A stretch of DNA of 64,000 nt from an uncultured archaeon (GTDB lineage: Archaea > Asgardarchaeota > Lokiarchaeia > Sigyniarchaeales > SOKP01): the NCBI GenBank assembly GCA_964632315.1, contig CAZWEM010000014.1:26779-90778 (forward strand), written 5' to 3'. Position 1 is the stretch's first letter. Each line of letters starts with the position of its first letter. This document shows, in pieces, positions 1 through 9,735 of the stretch. A program made the position numbers and the translations under genes. The notes under the pieces are model-generated. The model saw nothing but the letters and a program-made list of their open reading frames with translations. It was not told where the DNA came from and did no database searches.

Positions 1-879
1 CCCGACGATGAAGCAGGAAAGATTGTTGAGGAAGCTGATGGATTCGCCCAAGTTTTTCCAGAGCATAAATATACGATCGTAGAGTTATTACAAAAGAAAG
101 GTCACATTGTTGGTATGACAGGAGATGGTGTTAATGATGCTCCTGCCTTGAAAAAAGCGGATGTTGGTATTGCTGTATCCAGTGCTACTGATGCTGCAAA
201 ATCAGCAGCAGAAATTACATTTACAAAACCAGGACTTTCAGTTATAATTGATGGGACTATTCAAAGCCGGATGATCTTTCACCGCATGCTAAACTACTCC
301 ATCTATAGAATTTCAGAAACCGTTCGAGTAATAATCTTCATAACTCTCTCTATCGTAATTTTCAATTTTTACCCAGTAACCGCTCTTATGATTGTATTAT
401 TAGCCCTTCTTAACGATGCTCCTATAATGACAATTGCTGTCGATAACGTTGGGTATTCTAAAAAGCCTGAACGGTGGAACATGAACATAATTCTGCTTAT
501 TAGCACGATTCTTGGCGTTTTTGGGGTAGCCGCATCATTCTCTCTGTTTGCCATTGGTGTAATTGTCTTTAATTTGAGCCATACAGTTCTGCAAGCATTT
601 ATTTTTCTGAAATTATCCGTTGCTGCTTCATTAACGGTCTATGTAGCACGTACAAAAGGACATTTCTGGGAAAGGAAACCCGCTAAAGCATTATTTTTAG
701 CAACAAGCACAACACAAATACTAGGAGTTATTTTTGTACTTTTTGGAATATTACTTCCAAGGTTGGAATGGTACTACATATTATTTGTTTTAGCTTATGC
801 ATTTGTGTGGTTTATAGCAACTGATTATATAAAGTATTACTTCTATAAATTTCTACGAAAAAAAGGAAAAATGTTCTAA
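1..879 (+). CDS. P-type H+-transporting ATPase (type IIIA), 5'-truncated by window edge
   Basis: Frame is open from base 1 (PDDEAGKIVEEADGFAQVFPEHKY...MTGDGVNDAPALKKAD). It has the C-terminal TM helices and LLND motif and is paralogous to the next gene. Confidence 0.93.
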   Translation, partial: PDDEAGKIVEEADGFAQVFPEHKYTIVELLQKKGHIVGMTGDGVNDAPALKKADVGIAVSSATDAAKSAAEITFTKPGLSVIIDGTIQSRMIFHRMLNYSIYRISETVRVIIFITLSIVIFNFYPVTALMIVLLALLNDAPIMTIAVDNVGYSKKPERWNMNIILLISTILGVFGVAASFSLFAIGVIVFNLSHTVLQAFIFLKLSVAASLTVYVARTKGHFWERKPAKALFLATSTTQILGVIFVLFGILLPRLEWYYILFVLAYAFVWFIATDYIKYYFYKFLRKKGKMF

Positions 880-1096
880 AAATTTCTAATTTTTTTTTAA
901 TTTTTTTCATTAATTTCTGGTTTTGCCATGGTTCTATCTTGTTTAATAAAATTTGAATAAATTTTGATTGAATTTCATCTCAAATGAATTTAATCTTTTT
1001 TAGAAGAGAATCTAGTTAATCAGATCTCAATATAAACAACTAAATTTATAATTTGATAAAAAAAAATTTAAATATTTTGGAAATAGGAACACTTTT

Positions 1097-3544
1097 ATGG
1101 AGATTAAAAGTAATGAAGCAAAAGAATTATCGGTTGATGAAATTTATAGTAGATTGTCATCAAATAAGAACGGTCTCACATCTCAAGAAGCTAATAACCG
1201 GCTTCAAAAATTTGGACGAAATGAAATCCCAGAAAAGAAAAAATCACCTTTTTTGAAATTTCTTACTAACTTTTGGGGCCCTATTCCTTGGATGATCGAA
1301 ATTGCAGCAATTTTGTCTGTAATTATAGAAGAATGGGATGATTTTGTGATCATAGTTGCAATGCTTTTAATTAATAGTGTAGTAAGATTTTGGGAAGAAA
1401 ATAAAGCGGATAATGCTATTGAGCTTTTAAAAGAAAAATTAGCTCTACAAGCCAAAGTTATCCGAGATGGAGAATGGATAGAGATAGAAGCAAGAGATTT
1501 AGTACCGGGAGATGTAGTACATTTAAGGTTAGGAGATATTATCCCCGCAGATGTAAAATTGATTAATGGAGAATATCTCACAGTTGATGAATCTGTTTTA
1601 ACAGGAGAATCACTACCAGTAGAAAAAGAAAAAGCAGATATTGGATATAGTGGAGCAATAATTCGACAAGGTGAGATGGATGGTCTTGTGGTTGGAACAG
1701 GATTAAATACTTTTTTTGGAAGGACCACAAAACTAGTTGAAGAAGCGAAATCAAGAAGTCACTTTCAACAAGCTGTTATCAAGATTGGTAATTATCTTAT
1801 AATATTAGCAGTTTCACTTGTAACACTTGTTTTTATCTTAGGATTAATACGTCAAGAGGGTTTCTTTAATATTCTTCAGTTTGCTTTAGTTTTAATTGTT
1901 GCTGCGATTCCTGTTGCCTTATCTGCAGTTATGATGGTATCTATGGCTGTTGGGGCAACACAATTGGCAAAAAATAAAGCAATTGTAAGTAGGTTACTTT
2001 CTATTGAGGAAGCTGCTAGTATGGATATCTTATGTTGCGATAAAACGGGTACTCTTACAAAAAATCAAATATCTATCGCAAAATTAATACCCTTTAATAA
2101 TTATTCTGAAAATGATTTAGTGTTGTATGGTGGATTAGCATCTAAAAAAGAAAGCAGAGATCCTATTGATGATGCATTTTTTGCTAAAGTAAAGGAAGAC
2201 CCTGAAATTGACTCAAAACTTTCAACATATCAATTAATTTCATTTAAACCCTTTGATCCCGTCATAAAAAGAACGGCGGCGACAATTAAAGATGAGAATG
2301 GCGAAGAATTTCAAGTATCTAAAGGTGCTATCCAAGTTATCTTATCTTTAGTCGAAGCAGATCCTGACTTAGAACAGAAGGTGAATGAATTGGGTAAAGA
2401 ATTTGCATCAAAAGGATTTAGAGCATTAGGAGTAGCTCAATCGCGCCAAAATAATGTATGGGAATATATGGGAATTGTAGCACTACATGATCCTCCCCGT
2501 GAAGATTCAGCAGAAACAATTAAAACTGCTAAAACATTAGGAATAGATGTAAAAATGGTTACTGGAGATCATGTAGAAATTGCTAAATATATTGCGAATG
2601 ATCTAGGAATTGGAACTGATATTGTAGTATCCAACGAAATTATAGGGAAACATGATTCCAAAACAACTGAATTGGTTGAAAGAGCTAATGGATTTGCAGA
2701 AGTTTATCCAGAGCATAAATATCATATTGTAGAGCTTCTCCAAAATAAAGATCATGTCGTTGGTATGACAGGGGATGGTGTTAATGATGCACCTGCCTTG
2801 AAGAAAGCTGATATTGGGATCGCGGTTTCGAACGCTACTGACGCTGCGAAATCTGCTGCCGATATTGTCTTAACAGACCCTGGGATCTCAGTGATAATCA
2901 ATGCTACAAGAGAGAGTCGAAAGATATTTGAGAGAATGAAAAGCTACGCTACATATAGAATAGCAGAGACTGTTAGAATTCTCATCTTTTTAGTCCTTTC
3001 CATTAGTTTTTTAAATTTTTATCCTATCACCGCAGTGATGATTGTGATATTGGCACTTTTAAATGATTTACCAATAATGACAATCGCTTTTGATAACACG
3101 CGAATTGATGAAACACCTGTTAGATGGAAGATGCAAAAAATCTTAATCTTATCTTCGATTTTAGGGATTACTGGGGTTTTATTTAGTTTCTCGATATTCT
3201 TAATCGGGAAATTTGTATTTTTCCTTGACACAGCAACGCTTCAGACATTTATATTCTTGAAATTGACAGTAGCTGGCCATATGACAATTTATCTTACTCG
3301 AACTGAAGAGGATAATTTTTGGGTGCGTCCATTTCCATCTAAATCATTATTCTACACGTGTGAATCCACACAAGTTGTTGCTACCTTTTTCGCGGCGTAT
3401 GGAATTTTTATGTATCCGATCGGTTGGAGCTTGGCGGGATTCATTTGGTTATATGCTCTTGGAGCATTTTTTTTCACTAATTTTATTAAAACAGGTACCT
3501 TGAGGTATTTAGATAAAAGAGAAGTAAAGAAATTAACGAACTAA
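1097..3544 (+). CDS. P-type H+-transporting ATPase (type IIIA, plasma-membrane proton efflux type)
   Basis: Motifs FWGPIPWMIE, TGES, DKTGTLT, FKPFDPV, KGA, DPPR, MTGDGVNDAPALKKA and LLND. Confidence 0.95.
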   Translation: MEIKSNEAKELSVDEIYSRLSSNKNGLTSQEANNRLQKFGRNEIPEKKKSPFLKFLTNFWGPIPWMIEIAAILSVIIEEWDDFVIIVAMLLINSVVRFWEENKADNAIELLKEKLALQAKVIRDGEWIEIEARDLVPGDVVHLRLGDIIPADVKLINGEYLTVDESVLTGESLPVEKEKADIGYSGAIIRQGEMDGLVVGTGLNTFFGRTTKLVEEAKSRSHFQQAVIKIGNYLIILAVSLVTLVFILGLIRQEGFFNILQFALVLIVAAIPVALSAVMMVSMAVGATQLAKNKAIVSRLLSIEEAASMDILCCDKTGTLTKNQISIAKLIPFNNYSENDLVLYGGLASKKESRDPIDDAFFAKVKEDPEIDSKLSTYQLISFKPFDPVIKRTAATIKDENGEEFQVSKGAIQVILSLVEADPDLEQKVNELGKEFASKGFRALGVAQSRQNNVWEYMGIVALHDPPREDSAETIKTAKTLGIDVKMVTGDHVEIAKYIANDLGIGTDIVVSNEIIGKHDSKTTELVERANGFAEVYPEHKYHIVELLQNKDHVVGMTGDGVNDAPALKKADIGIAVSNATDAAKSAADIVLTDPGISVIINATRESRKIFERMKSYATYRIAETVRILIFLVLSISFLNFYPITAVMIVILALLNDLPIMTIAFDNTRIDETPVRWKMQKILILSSILGITGVLFSFSIFLIGKFVFFLDTATLQTFIFLKLTVAGHMTIYLTRTEEDNFWVRPFPSKSLFYTCESTQVVATFFAAYGIFMYPIGWSLAGFIWLYALGAFFFTNFIKTGTLRYLDKREVKKLTN

Positions 3545-3603
3545 TTTTATTTTTTTTTAAATTTTTAATTTTAATTCAGAAATTATTAAAAATCAAAAAT
3601 TTA

Positions 3604-4086
3604 TTACCGAATCACTAAAACATCACACGGAACATGTCTTAAGACCCTATCTGATAATGAACCAACAAAAATTTCCTCAGCGAGTGAATGTACTCCTTTA
3701 CTTCCGACGATAACAAGATCGATATTTTCTTCTGCGACTGTTTTCCTAATGTAAGATAAGGCGGAATGTTCATAAACAATACGTGTATCTACTTTTAAAC
3801 CTTGTTCAGAAAATATTTCCTCTGCTCGACCTAAGATCGTTTTTCCTCTTGTTTCATAAACTTCTCTTACTCTTTGTAGTTCTAAATTTGAATTGTCCAT
3901 TACTTGTTGAATAGGACCTCCATAGGATGGTACCTGATATACATCGTCAATTGGCAAAGCTTCGTGTTCTACTGAATGAAACACTATCACTTCACAATTA
4001 CTCAATTTTTTGAGTTCCATTGCTTTTAACAGCGCTTTGTATGAATGTTCAGATCCATCAATTCCAACTAAAATTTTATTGTAAAT
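3604..4086 (-). CDS. Universal stress protein (UspA family); probable ATT start at 4086
   Basis: In-frame upstream of the ATG at 4020 lies the family N-terminus IYNKILVGIDGSEHSYKAL, bounded by TAA at 4092-4090. The C-terminus has DLVIVGSKG...VGSLSDRVLRHVPCDVLVIR. Confidence 0.9.
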   Translation of the reverse strand: MYNKILVGIDGSEHSYKALLKAMELKKLSNCEVIVFHSVEHEALPIDDVYQVPSYGGPIQQVMDNSNLELQRVREVYETRGKTILGRAEEIFSEQGLKVDTRIVYEHSALSYIRKTVAEENIDLVIVGSKGVHSLAEEIFVGSLSDRVLRHVPCDVLVIR

Positions 4087-4313
4087 TATTTATCAACTTC
4101 TTTCTGTTTACTATTAAATTGAAAAATTCGATATTTAAAGATAAGGTCTAAGTTTTCAAGATTTTTAATAAATTTTTATTAAATGTTATAGATAGATTGT
4201 CTAGAATGATAATCTTCTATAAAGTTCATAATTATGAATAACTTTATTTTTTAAGGCAACAATTTAAAGATAAATTCTAGATTTAGGTTAGTAAAACTAT
4301 CTGGTGAATTTGA

Positions 4314-4934
4314 ATGGAACCTCTATTCAATCTCAACTTAAAAGCACAAGAAAATCTAATAATTGCTAAAAAGGAAAAATTAGTTGCTTTGGAATTAAAG
4401 AAATTGGCTAAAAATTTGTTGAAAAAAGCGAAAAGTAGAAAGAAATTTGCTGAAAAAGAATTGGAGCTAAATAAAGTACGAAAAAATTTAGTAAACCATA
4501 ATAAAAAGTTATTAGAAAGCCAGATTAAATCAAGGGAAATTTTAGGTTTTTCAGAAGAAGTAACTAAAAAAGAAGAAAGATTCATTGATTACCATGAAAA
4601 AGTTGCTGAAAATCAAATTGAACTGGCTAAACATCATATAGAACTAGCTAAACTTGAGGAAGAACTAGCGAAAAGTAAACTCTTACAAGCAGATTCAAAA
4701 TTAAAAGTCGCAAATATGCGTATAGAATTAGGGAAAATTCAGCTAAAATTTGGAAAAGCAGTTGAAAATAAATCGCGTGAAAAGGCGAATCTAATAAAGG
4801 CTCGATACAATCAAAAACAAAAGGAATTAAGTGAAGAACTGAAAGACTTGGCCGAAAAAGAAAATCAAGTTAAACATTATCAAGATGATATAGCAAGTTT
4901 AAGTTCTCAGCTCTCCCAGAGTATAGCAAAATGA
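4314..4934 (+). CDS. All-helical coiled-coil protein of unknown function
   Basis: 206-aa K/E/L-rich heptad pattern; GGTGA RBS upstream. Confidence 0.75.
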   Translation: MEPLFNLNLKAQENLIIAKKEKLVALELKKLAKNLLKKAKSRKKFAEKELELNKVRKNLVNHNKKLLESQIKSREILGFSEEVTKKEERFIDYHEKVAENQIELAKHHIELAKLEEELAKSKLLQADSKLKVANMRIELGKIQLKFGKAVENKSREKANLIKARYNQKQKELSEELKDLAEKENQVKHYQDDIASLSSQLSQSIAK

Positions 4935-5026
4935 AGAAACTAAATAATAAATTTGCATAATTTAAATCTCCTTTTTATCTATAATTCTGAGCCACCAAGT
5001 TTTTATATTATATTCAGCATAACGTA

Positions 5027-5941
5027 GTGATGATTATGTCAAATTATAGTATGATTAAAAACGTCGGTGGAAATGTTGTTCGTGGAATTGGTTACTTTCT
5101 TTTCTTTGCAGACATAATAGTTATGATAAGCATAATTATTGCATTCAATTTCTTTGCAGTAGCAATTGATTTAGTAATTTTTATTTTGGTAGGCATATTG
5201 ATCGTTTTAGGATTTATTTTAATGGGGATCTATATTATTCCACAATGGATTAAAGTACCAACATTAAAACTCGGAAATTACAAGAAAATGCGGGGTCCAG
5301 GAATCTTCTGGCTTTTTCCATTCATATATCAGATACCTTTTGCGCTTGATATACGAATTATTACAACCACGTTTTCAGCAGAACAAACACTCACTAAAGA
5401 TAATGTACCTGTGAATGTGGATGCTGTGTTATTTTGGAAAGTAGTGGATACGTATAAGGCCTCAATTCATGTCCAAGATTATCAAAATGCAATTGCATGG
5501 GCTGCCCAAACATCATTAAGAGACATTATTGGAAAAACTGAATTAAGTCAAATGCTTGTAGGAAGAGAAGAAATATCGCACGATCTTGAACGAATAATTG
5601 ATGAGCGGACTGAAGAATGGGGTGTAAAATCTATTTCCGTCGAGCTTAGAGATGTCATAATCCCTACAGCATTACAAGATGCAATGAGTCGACAAGCTCA
5701 AGCTGAAAGAGAGCGACAAGCAAGGGTAATTTTAGCTGGATCCGAAGAGCAAATTGCGAGTAAGTTTATAAATGCGGCTCAAATTTATGAAAAAGATAAG
5801 GTGGCATTAAATCTAAGAGCGATGAATATTCTCTATGAAACAATGAAAGATAAAGGAGCGTGGATTATTGTTCCTTCTGATATGGTAAATATTTTGGGAG
5901 GGAGATTTAAAGATATCGATGATAAGAAGGAAGTGTTTTAA
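5027..5941 (+). CDS. SPFH/band 7 stomatin-like (slipin) membrane protein
   Basis: N-terminal TM region, then GPG.FW..P, LTKDNVPVNVDAVLFW, AQTSLRDIIG and AMSRQAQAERERQAR. Confidence 0.93.
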   Translation: MMIMSNYSMIKNVGGNVVRGIGYFLFFADIIVMISIIIAFNFFAVAIDLVIFILVGILIVLGFILMGIYIIPQWIKVPTLKLGNYKKMRGPGIFWLFPFIYQIPFALDIRIITTTFSAEQTLTKDNVPVNVDAVLFWKVVDTYKASIHVQDYQNAIAWAAQTSLRDIIGKTELSQMLVGREEISHDLERIIDERTEEWGVKSISVELRDVIIPTALQDAMSRQAQAERERQARVILAGSEEQIASKFINAAQIYEKDKVALNLRAMNILYETMKDKGAWIIVPSDMVNILGGRFKDIDDKKEVF

Positions 5942-6238
5942 AGATTAAACCATTCTATTACTCTAATTAACGTTTTTCGACTTATCATTAATTTTATTTA
6001 CAAATTATTAGTAGTTATAAAGGGGAAAAAAATATCATAAATTCATTATTGAAAGAAATGTAGGATCAACAACTCTTATGTAGATCTAACAATAACTTTA
6101 AATATGATAAATGCATATTATTATTTGTTAACACGCTTTACTGACTCATTCTTATATTTTCAAGTGAAACATTCAATCTAATTTAAGTTGAGATCAATTA
6201 AGGCATGTTCTCAAAATATAAAATTGAAGAAATAAAAA

Positions 6239-7819
6239 ATGAGAATATTATATGTAAATCCGGGCAAACTGAATTCTGGATTAGATGCTATTGTCAAAGG
6301 TGCACCATTGAATCTTGTCACAATTGCAGCAATGGTCCCAGAACATGATGCAGAGTTATTTGATTTTAAAATGGATAAATACAAGGAGAACGACTTCCGT
6401 TCCTTATTGAAAAACTCTGATATTGTAGCAATCACGAGTCTAACACCTCAAATCAGCCATGCATTGGTTATTGCAAGAATGGCAAAAGAAGAAGGATGCA
6501 TAACAATTTTAGGAGGTTATCATCCTACTTTAGATCCTGAATATGTGATCTCAAAAGAACAAGTAGATTATGTAATACGAGGTGAAGGAGAACACACTTT
6601 CAAGGAACTTATTGATTATTTAAGTTCAGAAAAAAATGAGGGCGATTTAGAAAAAATTGATGGTCTCTCATATAAAAGAGCCGATGGAAGTGTGATTCAT
6701 AATACTGAGAGAGAACTTGAAAAGAATTTAGATGTGTTTCCCTTACCAAAAAGAGAATTATTTGGAAATAGAAAATATGCCGCATTAGGGGCTCTAACTC
6801 AACCTGTAGAAACATCTCGAGGTTGTAGCTTTAATTGTAGATTCTGTTGTATTATAAAGATGTGGAGAAATTCTAATGGTGGTCCGACTTATCGGACGAA
6901 ATCAATTAAGCGAATTATGCAAGAGATTTATGCTGTGGGCTGGAAAACGGATTTTATCTTCTTCACTGACGATAATTTTACCGTCAATGTAAAAAGAACA
7001 AATAAAATTCTAGATGCCATCATTAAATCGGGGGTTCAACATAAAATACATTTTACATGTCAGTCGAGAGTTGATGTTATCTATAATAATCAATGGTTGA
7101 TTGAAAAATTTAAAAAGGCGGGGTTCCGTCAAATATTTTTAGGAATTGAGTCCGTTCATCAACAAAGCCTTGATGCAATGAATAAAAAGAATACCACCCC
7201 AGAAATGGTAAAAGACGTCGTTAAAAAGCTACGTGATCAAGGTATCTCGATTTTTGGAGGCGTTATTATTGGCTTTCCGGGTGAAACTAAACGAATGGTA
7301 CGACAAAACATTCAATACGCTAAAGATATGAAGCTTGATGTGGTACAATTTACACCAATCACTGCTTTTCCAGGTACTCCGTTTTATGAGGAGATGGAAG
7401 AAAAGGGAATGATCACTTCAACCGATTACACCAATTACGATTTATTTCACACGATGATGGGCACAGACGAATTATCAGCTCAAGAGATCTATGAACTGGT
7501 TGCTGAGGCTTATAATGCGTTTTACTTGCAATGGGGGTGGTTGATAGAAAAAGCTACGGAATATCTTAATCCTTTAGGGAAGTTTAATTGGATGACTCGG
7601 AAAATACTCAAACTCATTCAACAAATGGTCTTGAATGGGCGGAGCATGCTTTCAGCACAAGGTTTCGGTGAGAATGGGCTTTCAAAAGAATTAAAAAATA
7701 AGAAAGAACTCATGAAAGATGTAGAATTATATGTTAAGCTTAACGGCAACGGAAATGGTAAAATCGAATCCCATAAAATGGTCGAAACTCCAATCCAAGT
7801 AAAAGTGGAAGAACATTAA
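6239..7819 (+). CDS. Cobalamin-binding (class B) radical SAM protein
   Basis: N-terminal B12-binding domain (GGYHPT, GEGE), ETSRGCSFNCRFC cluster motif, DDNF, GIES, TAFPGT. Confidence 0.92.
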   Translation: MRILYVNPGKLNSGLDAIVKGAPLNLVTIAAMVPEHDAELFDFKMDKYKENDFRSLLKNSDIVAITSLTPQISHALVIARMAKEEGCITILGGYHPTLDPEYVISKEQVDYVIRGEGEHTFKELIDYLSSEKNEGDLEKIDGLSYKRADGSVIHNTERELEKNLDVFPLPKRELFGNRKYAALGALTQPVETSRGCSFNCRFCCIIKMWRNSNGGPTYRTKSIKRIMQEIYAVGWKTDFIFFTDDNFTVNVKRTNKILDAIIKSGVQHKIHFTCQSRVDVIYNNQWLIEKFKKAGFRQIFLGIESVHQQSLDAMNKKNTTPEMVKDVVKKLRDQGISIFGGVIIGFPGETKRMVRQNIQYAKDMKLDVVQFTPITAFPGTPFYEEMEEKGMITSTDYTNYDLFHTMMGTDELSAQEIYELVAEAYNAFYLQWGWLIEKATEYLNPLGKFNWMTRKILKLIQQMVLNGRSMLSAQGFGENGLSKELKNKKELMKDVELYVKLNGNGNGKIESHKMVETPIQVKVEEH

Positions 7820-7970
7820 AAATAATTGAAGTAAATCTCATATCTTTTTATTAAATTGCCTAAAAACAAGGATCACAGCTATTGATGTAATGCTGTATAA
7901 ATCTTGCTCTTCACTTTTTAATTATGAATTTGTTATTTTTTTTTTATCCTCTTAACATATTTCATCAATT

Positions 7971-7996
7971 CAATTAGGGGGAAACGCCCCTGATTG
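7971..7996. other. Intergenic 10-bp hairpin (CAATTAGGGG-GAAACG-CCCCTGATTG)
   Basis: Inverted repeat read directly from the sequence; contains one G-U pair. Confidence 0.5.
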
Positions 7997-8199
7997 TATA
8001 ATATCTATACCTTTTCTTTTAACCTCATCAATATCAATGGGTGATAATAACCATTTTCCAATTAAAATCACTTTTAAATTTTTTTTTAAATCATGTATAC
8101 TTTTTAAGTGTATATATAACTTAGAGGAGGCAATCAATTAGGATAGTTCATTTTTAATGAATTTTGGAAATATTTTGAATGAACGATTTATAACAATTT

Positions 8200-8931
8200 T
8201 TGAATTTAATAGAGATGTCAATTATGAAAGTTTTTAGTAGATATATGGAAAAATTTGTATCTATCGCAATTTATAGGGGAAATCTCAAAATTAATTTTCA
8301 ATATGATAAAACGGATTCAATTTTTTCCAAATTACGATATTTACAGAGAATTAAGGACTTCATTTATGAATTAAAAATAAAACTCGATGAACACTTTATC
8401 TTTGATGCATTAACGTATCCAAATGATTTTCATGTTGAATTAAATGGTAATTTTGTGTATAATCAAGATTTAAATCAAATAGTTGACCTTAGTTTCGGCA
8501 TGGTAAAAGTCATTTCATTTATAATTCCAAATATCTATCAAACGAAGCGGGGAAGACATGAAATAATGTTTCAATTTCGTGAAAAAAGATTCATGTTTAC
8601 CATGAGGATCCTTGAATTTGATGAAAAGTTAGATTTTCCTCCCTCATCTAAAATCGAGCCAATAAGGCAACAAGCAGAAGCGTTAATTTCTACTGAAGAG
8701 AAAACGAAAAATTATCTCACCAAATTGAGGAAAACGGCAAATTTAGTAGGAGTATTAGTATATTTAGCAGTGAGTGCGTTTCTTGTTGCTGCAACAATAA
8801 GTGCTGCATTAGATCCAATTGCACACCAATTAGATGTGGTATTCAGCTCTGTCTTAGCATTAGTTGTTTGGACGCTACTATGGGTGGCAATTTTCATTTT
8901 TACTAAAATTATTAAGAAAAAGACGCCATAA
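8200..8931 (+). CDS. Hypothetical protein with two C-terminal TM helices
   Basis: 243-aa ORF with a soluble N-terminus and two hydrophobic C-terminal segments; start uncertain. Confidence 0.7.
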   Translation: MNLIEMSIMKVFSRYMEKFVSIAIYRGNLKINFQYDKTDSIFSKLRYLQRIKDFIYELKIKLDEHFIFDALTYPNDFHVELNGNFVYNQDLNQIVDLSFGMVKVISFIIPNIYQTKRGRHEIMFQFREKRFMFTMRILEFDEKLDFPPSSKIEPIRQQAEALISTEEKTKNYLTKLRKTANLVGVLVYLAVSAFLVAATISAALDPIAHQLDVVFSSVLALVVWTLLWVAIFIFTKIIKKKTP

Positions 8932-9010
8932 ATGTTTAAATCGTACTTTTAAGTCCTACAGTTAAGATTTTGCTAAGTACTAATATTATATTTCCAAAGT
9001 TAAAATGAGA

Positions 9011-9445
9011 TTAACCTATTGAAATTCCTCGTTCTTTCAGCCAAGATTTAAGTTTCTCAAATAATGCATCTCTAATTTCACGAAATTTAGCTAGTTTTTC
9101 TTCTACTGTCCCCTCAAAAACTGTTGGATCTTCAAATGGCCAATAAAGTCTCGTTCCAAAACCAGGAATTGTAGGACACTTTTCCTCTGCTTTTTGACAC
9201 ATTGTATTTACGATACCAAAATGTTTCTGACCAAGGAATTGGGATATGTTCTTAGAATATTGATCACTTAAATCATAACCTAACTCCTCCATAACTTGAA
9301 TGGCATATGGGTCAATCTCATTTGGCTCAAACCCCGAGCTATGAATTTCAAAATGATCGGATGCATATGTTTTAAGAAAGGCTTCAGCCATTTGACTTCT
9401 TGCTGAATTACCGGTGTATAATACGATTAAGTTTGGTTTTGTCAT
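9011..9445 (-). CDS. arsC: LMW-PTP-fold arsenate reductase homolog, catalytic Cys replaced by Tyr
   Basis: YTGNSARSQMAEA P-loop (normally CTGNS.RSQMAE), MCQKAEEKCP resolving Cys pair, WPFEDP, FREIRD. Confidence 0.85.
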   Translation of the reverse strand: MTKPNLIVLYTGNSARSQMAEAFLKTYASDHFEIHSSGFEPNEIDPYAIQVMEELGYDLSDQYSKNISQFLGQKHFGIVNTMCQKAEEKCPTIPGFGTRLYWPFEDPTVFEGTVEEKLAKFREIRDALFEKLKSWLKERGISIG

Positions 9446-9570
9446 AAATGACAAATTATTATTTGACTTTTAAGAATATGGAATACATAATATATAGAGA
9501 AAGTGATAAACTGGTTTATAAAATTAAAAAATTCTATTGATGTTTTGTAAGTTAAAAAATAAACGTAGTA

Positions 9571-9690
9571 ATATTCGATTTTCGATATATTCATAAGGGG
9601 CTCTTCTTCAAATATGTTTGATGTTCGATTTCCGATATATTTATAAAGGCTCCTTCTCTTAATATAATGATCTTCGATTTGCGATATATT
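9571..9690. promoter_or_regulatory. Three ~50-bp-spaced copies of TTCGATTTNCGATATATT; probable PadR operator array
   Basis: Copies at 9574, 9624 and 9673; imperfect palindrome (ATAT-TCGA-N3-TCGA-TAT) directly upstream of the padR-like gene. Confidence 0.7.
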
Positions 9691-9735
9691 CCTAAAAAAT
9701 TGGAGATCAATAATCATCTTCAATCAGTGAAAATA

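Noticed and set aside
7952-8071. Short minus-strand ORF (GKWLLSPIDIDEVKRKGIDIIQSGAFPPN-TGA-IDEIC) considered as another Sec read-through
   Set aside because: Only five codons follow the TGA and no SECIS-like structure lies downstream; at most a decayed gene fragment.
9571-9720. Periodic repeats considered as a mini CRISPR array
   Set aside because: Repeats are only ~18 nt and degenerate, the spacers resemble each other, and no cas genes are present; an operator array fits better.
9442-9723. 93-aa minus-strand ORF in the track
   Set aside because: It spans the AT-rich promoter/operator repeats and has no protein-like features.
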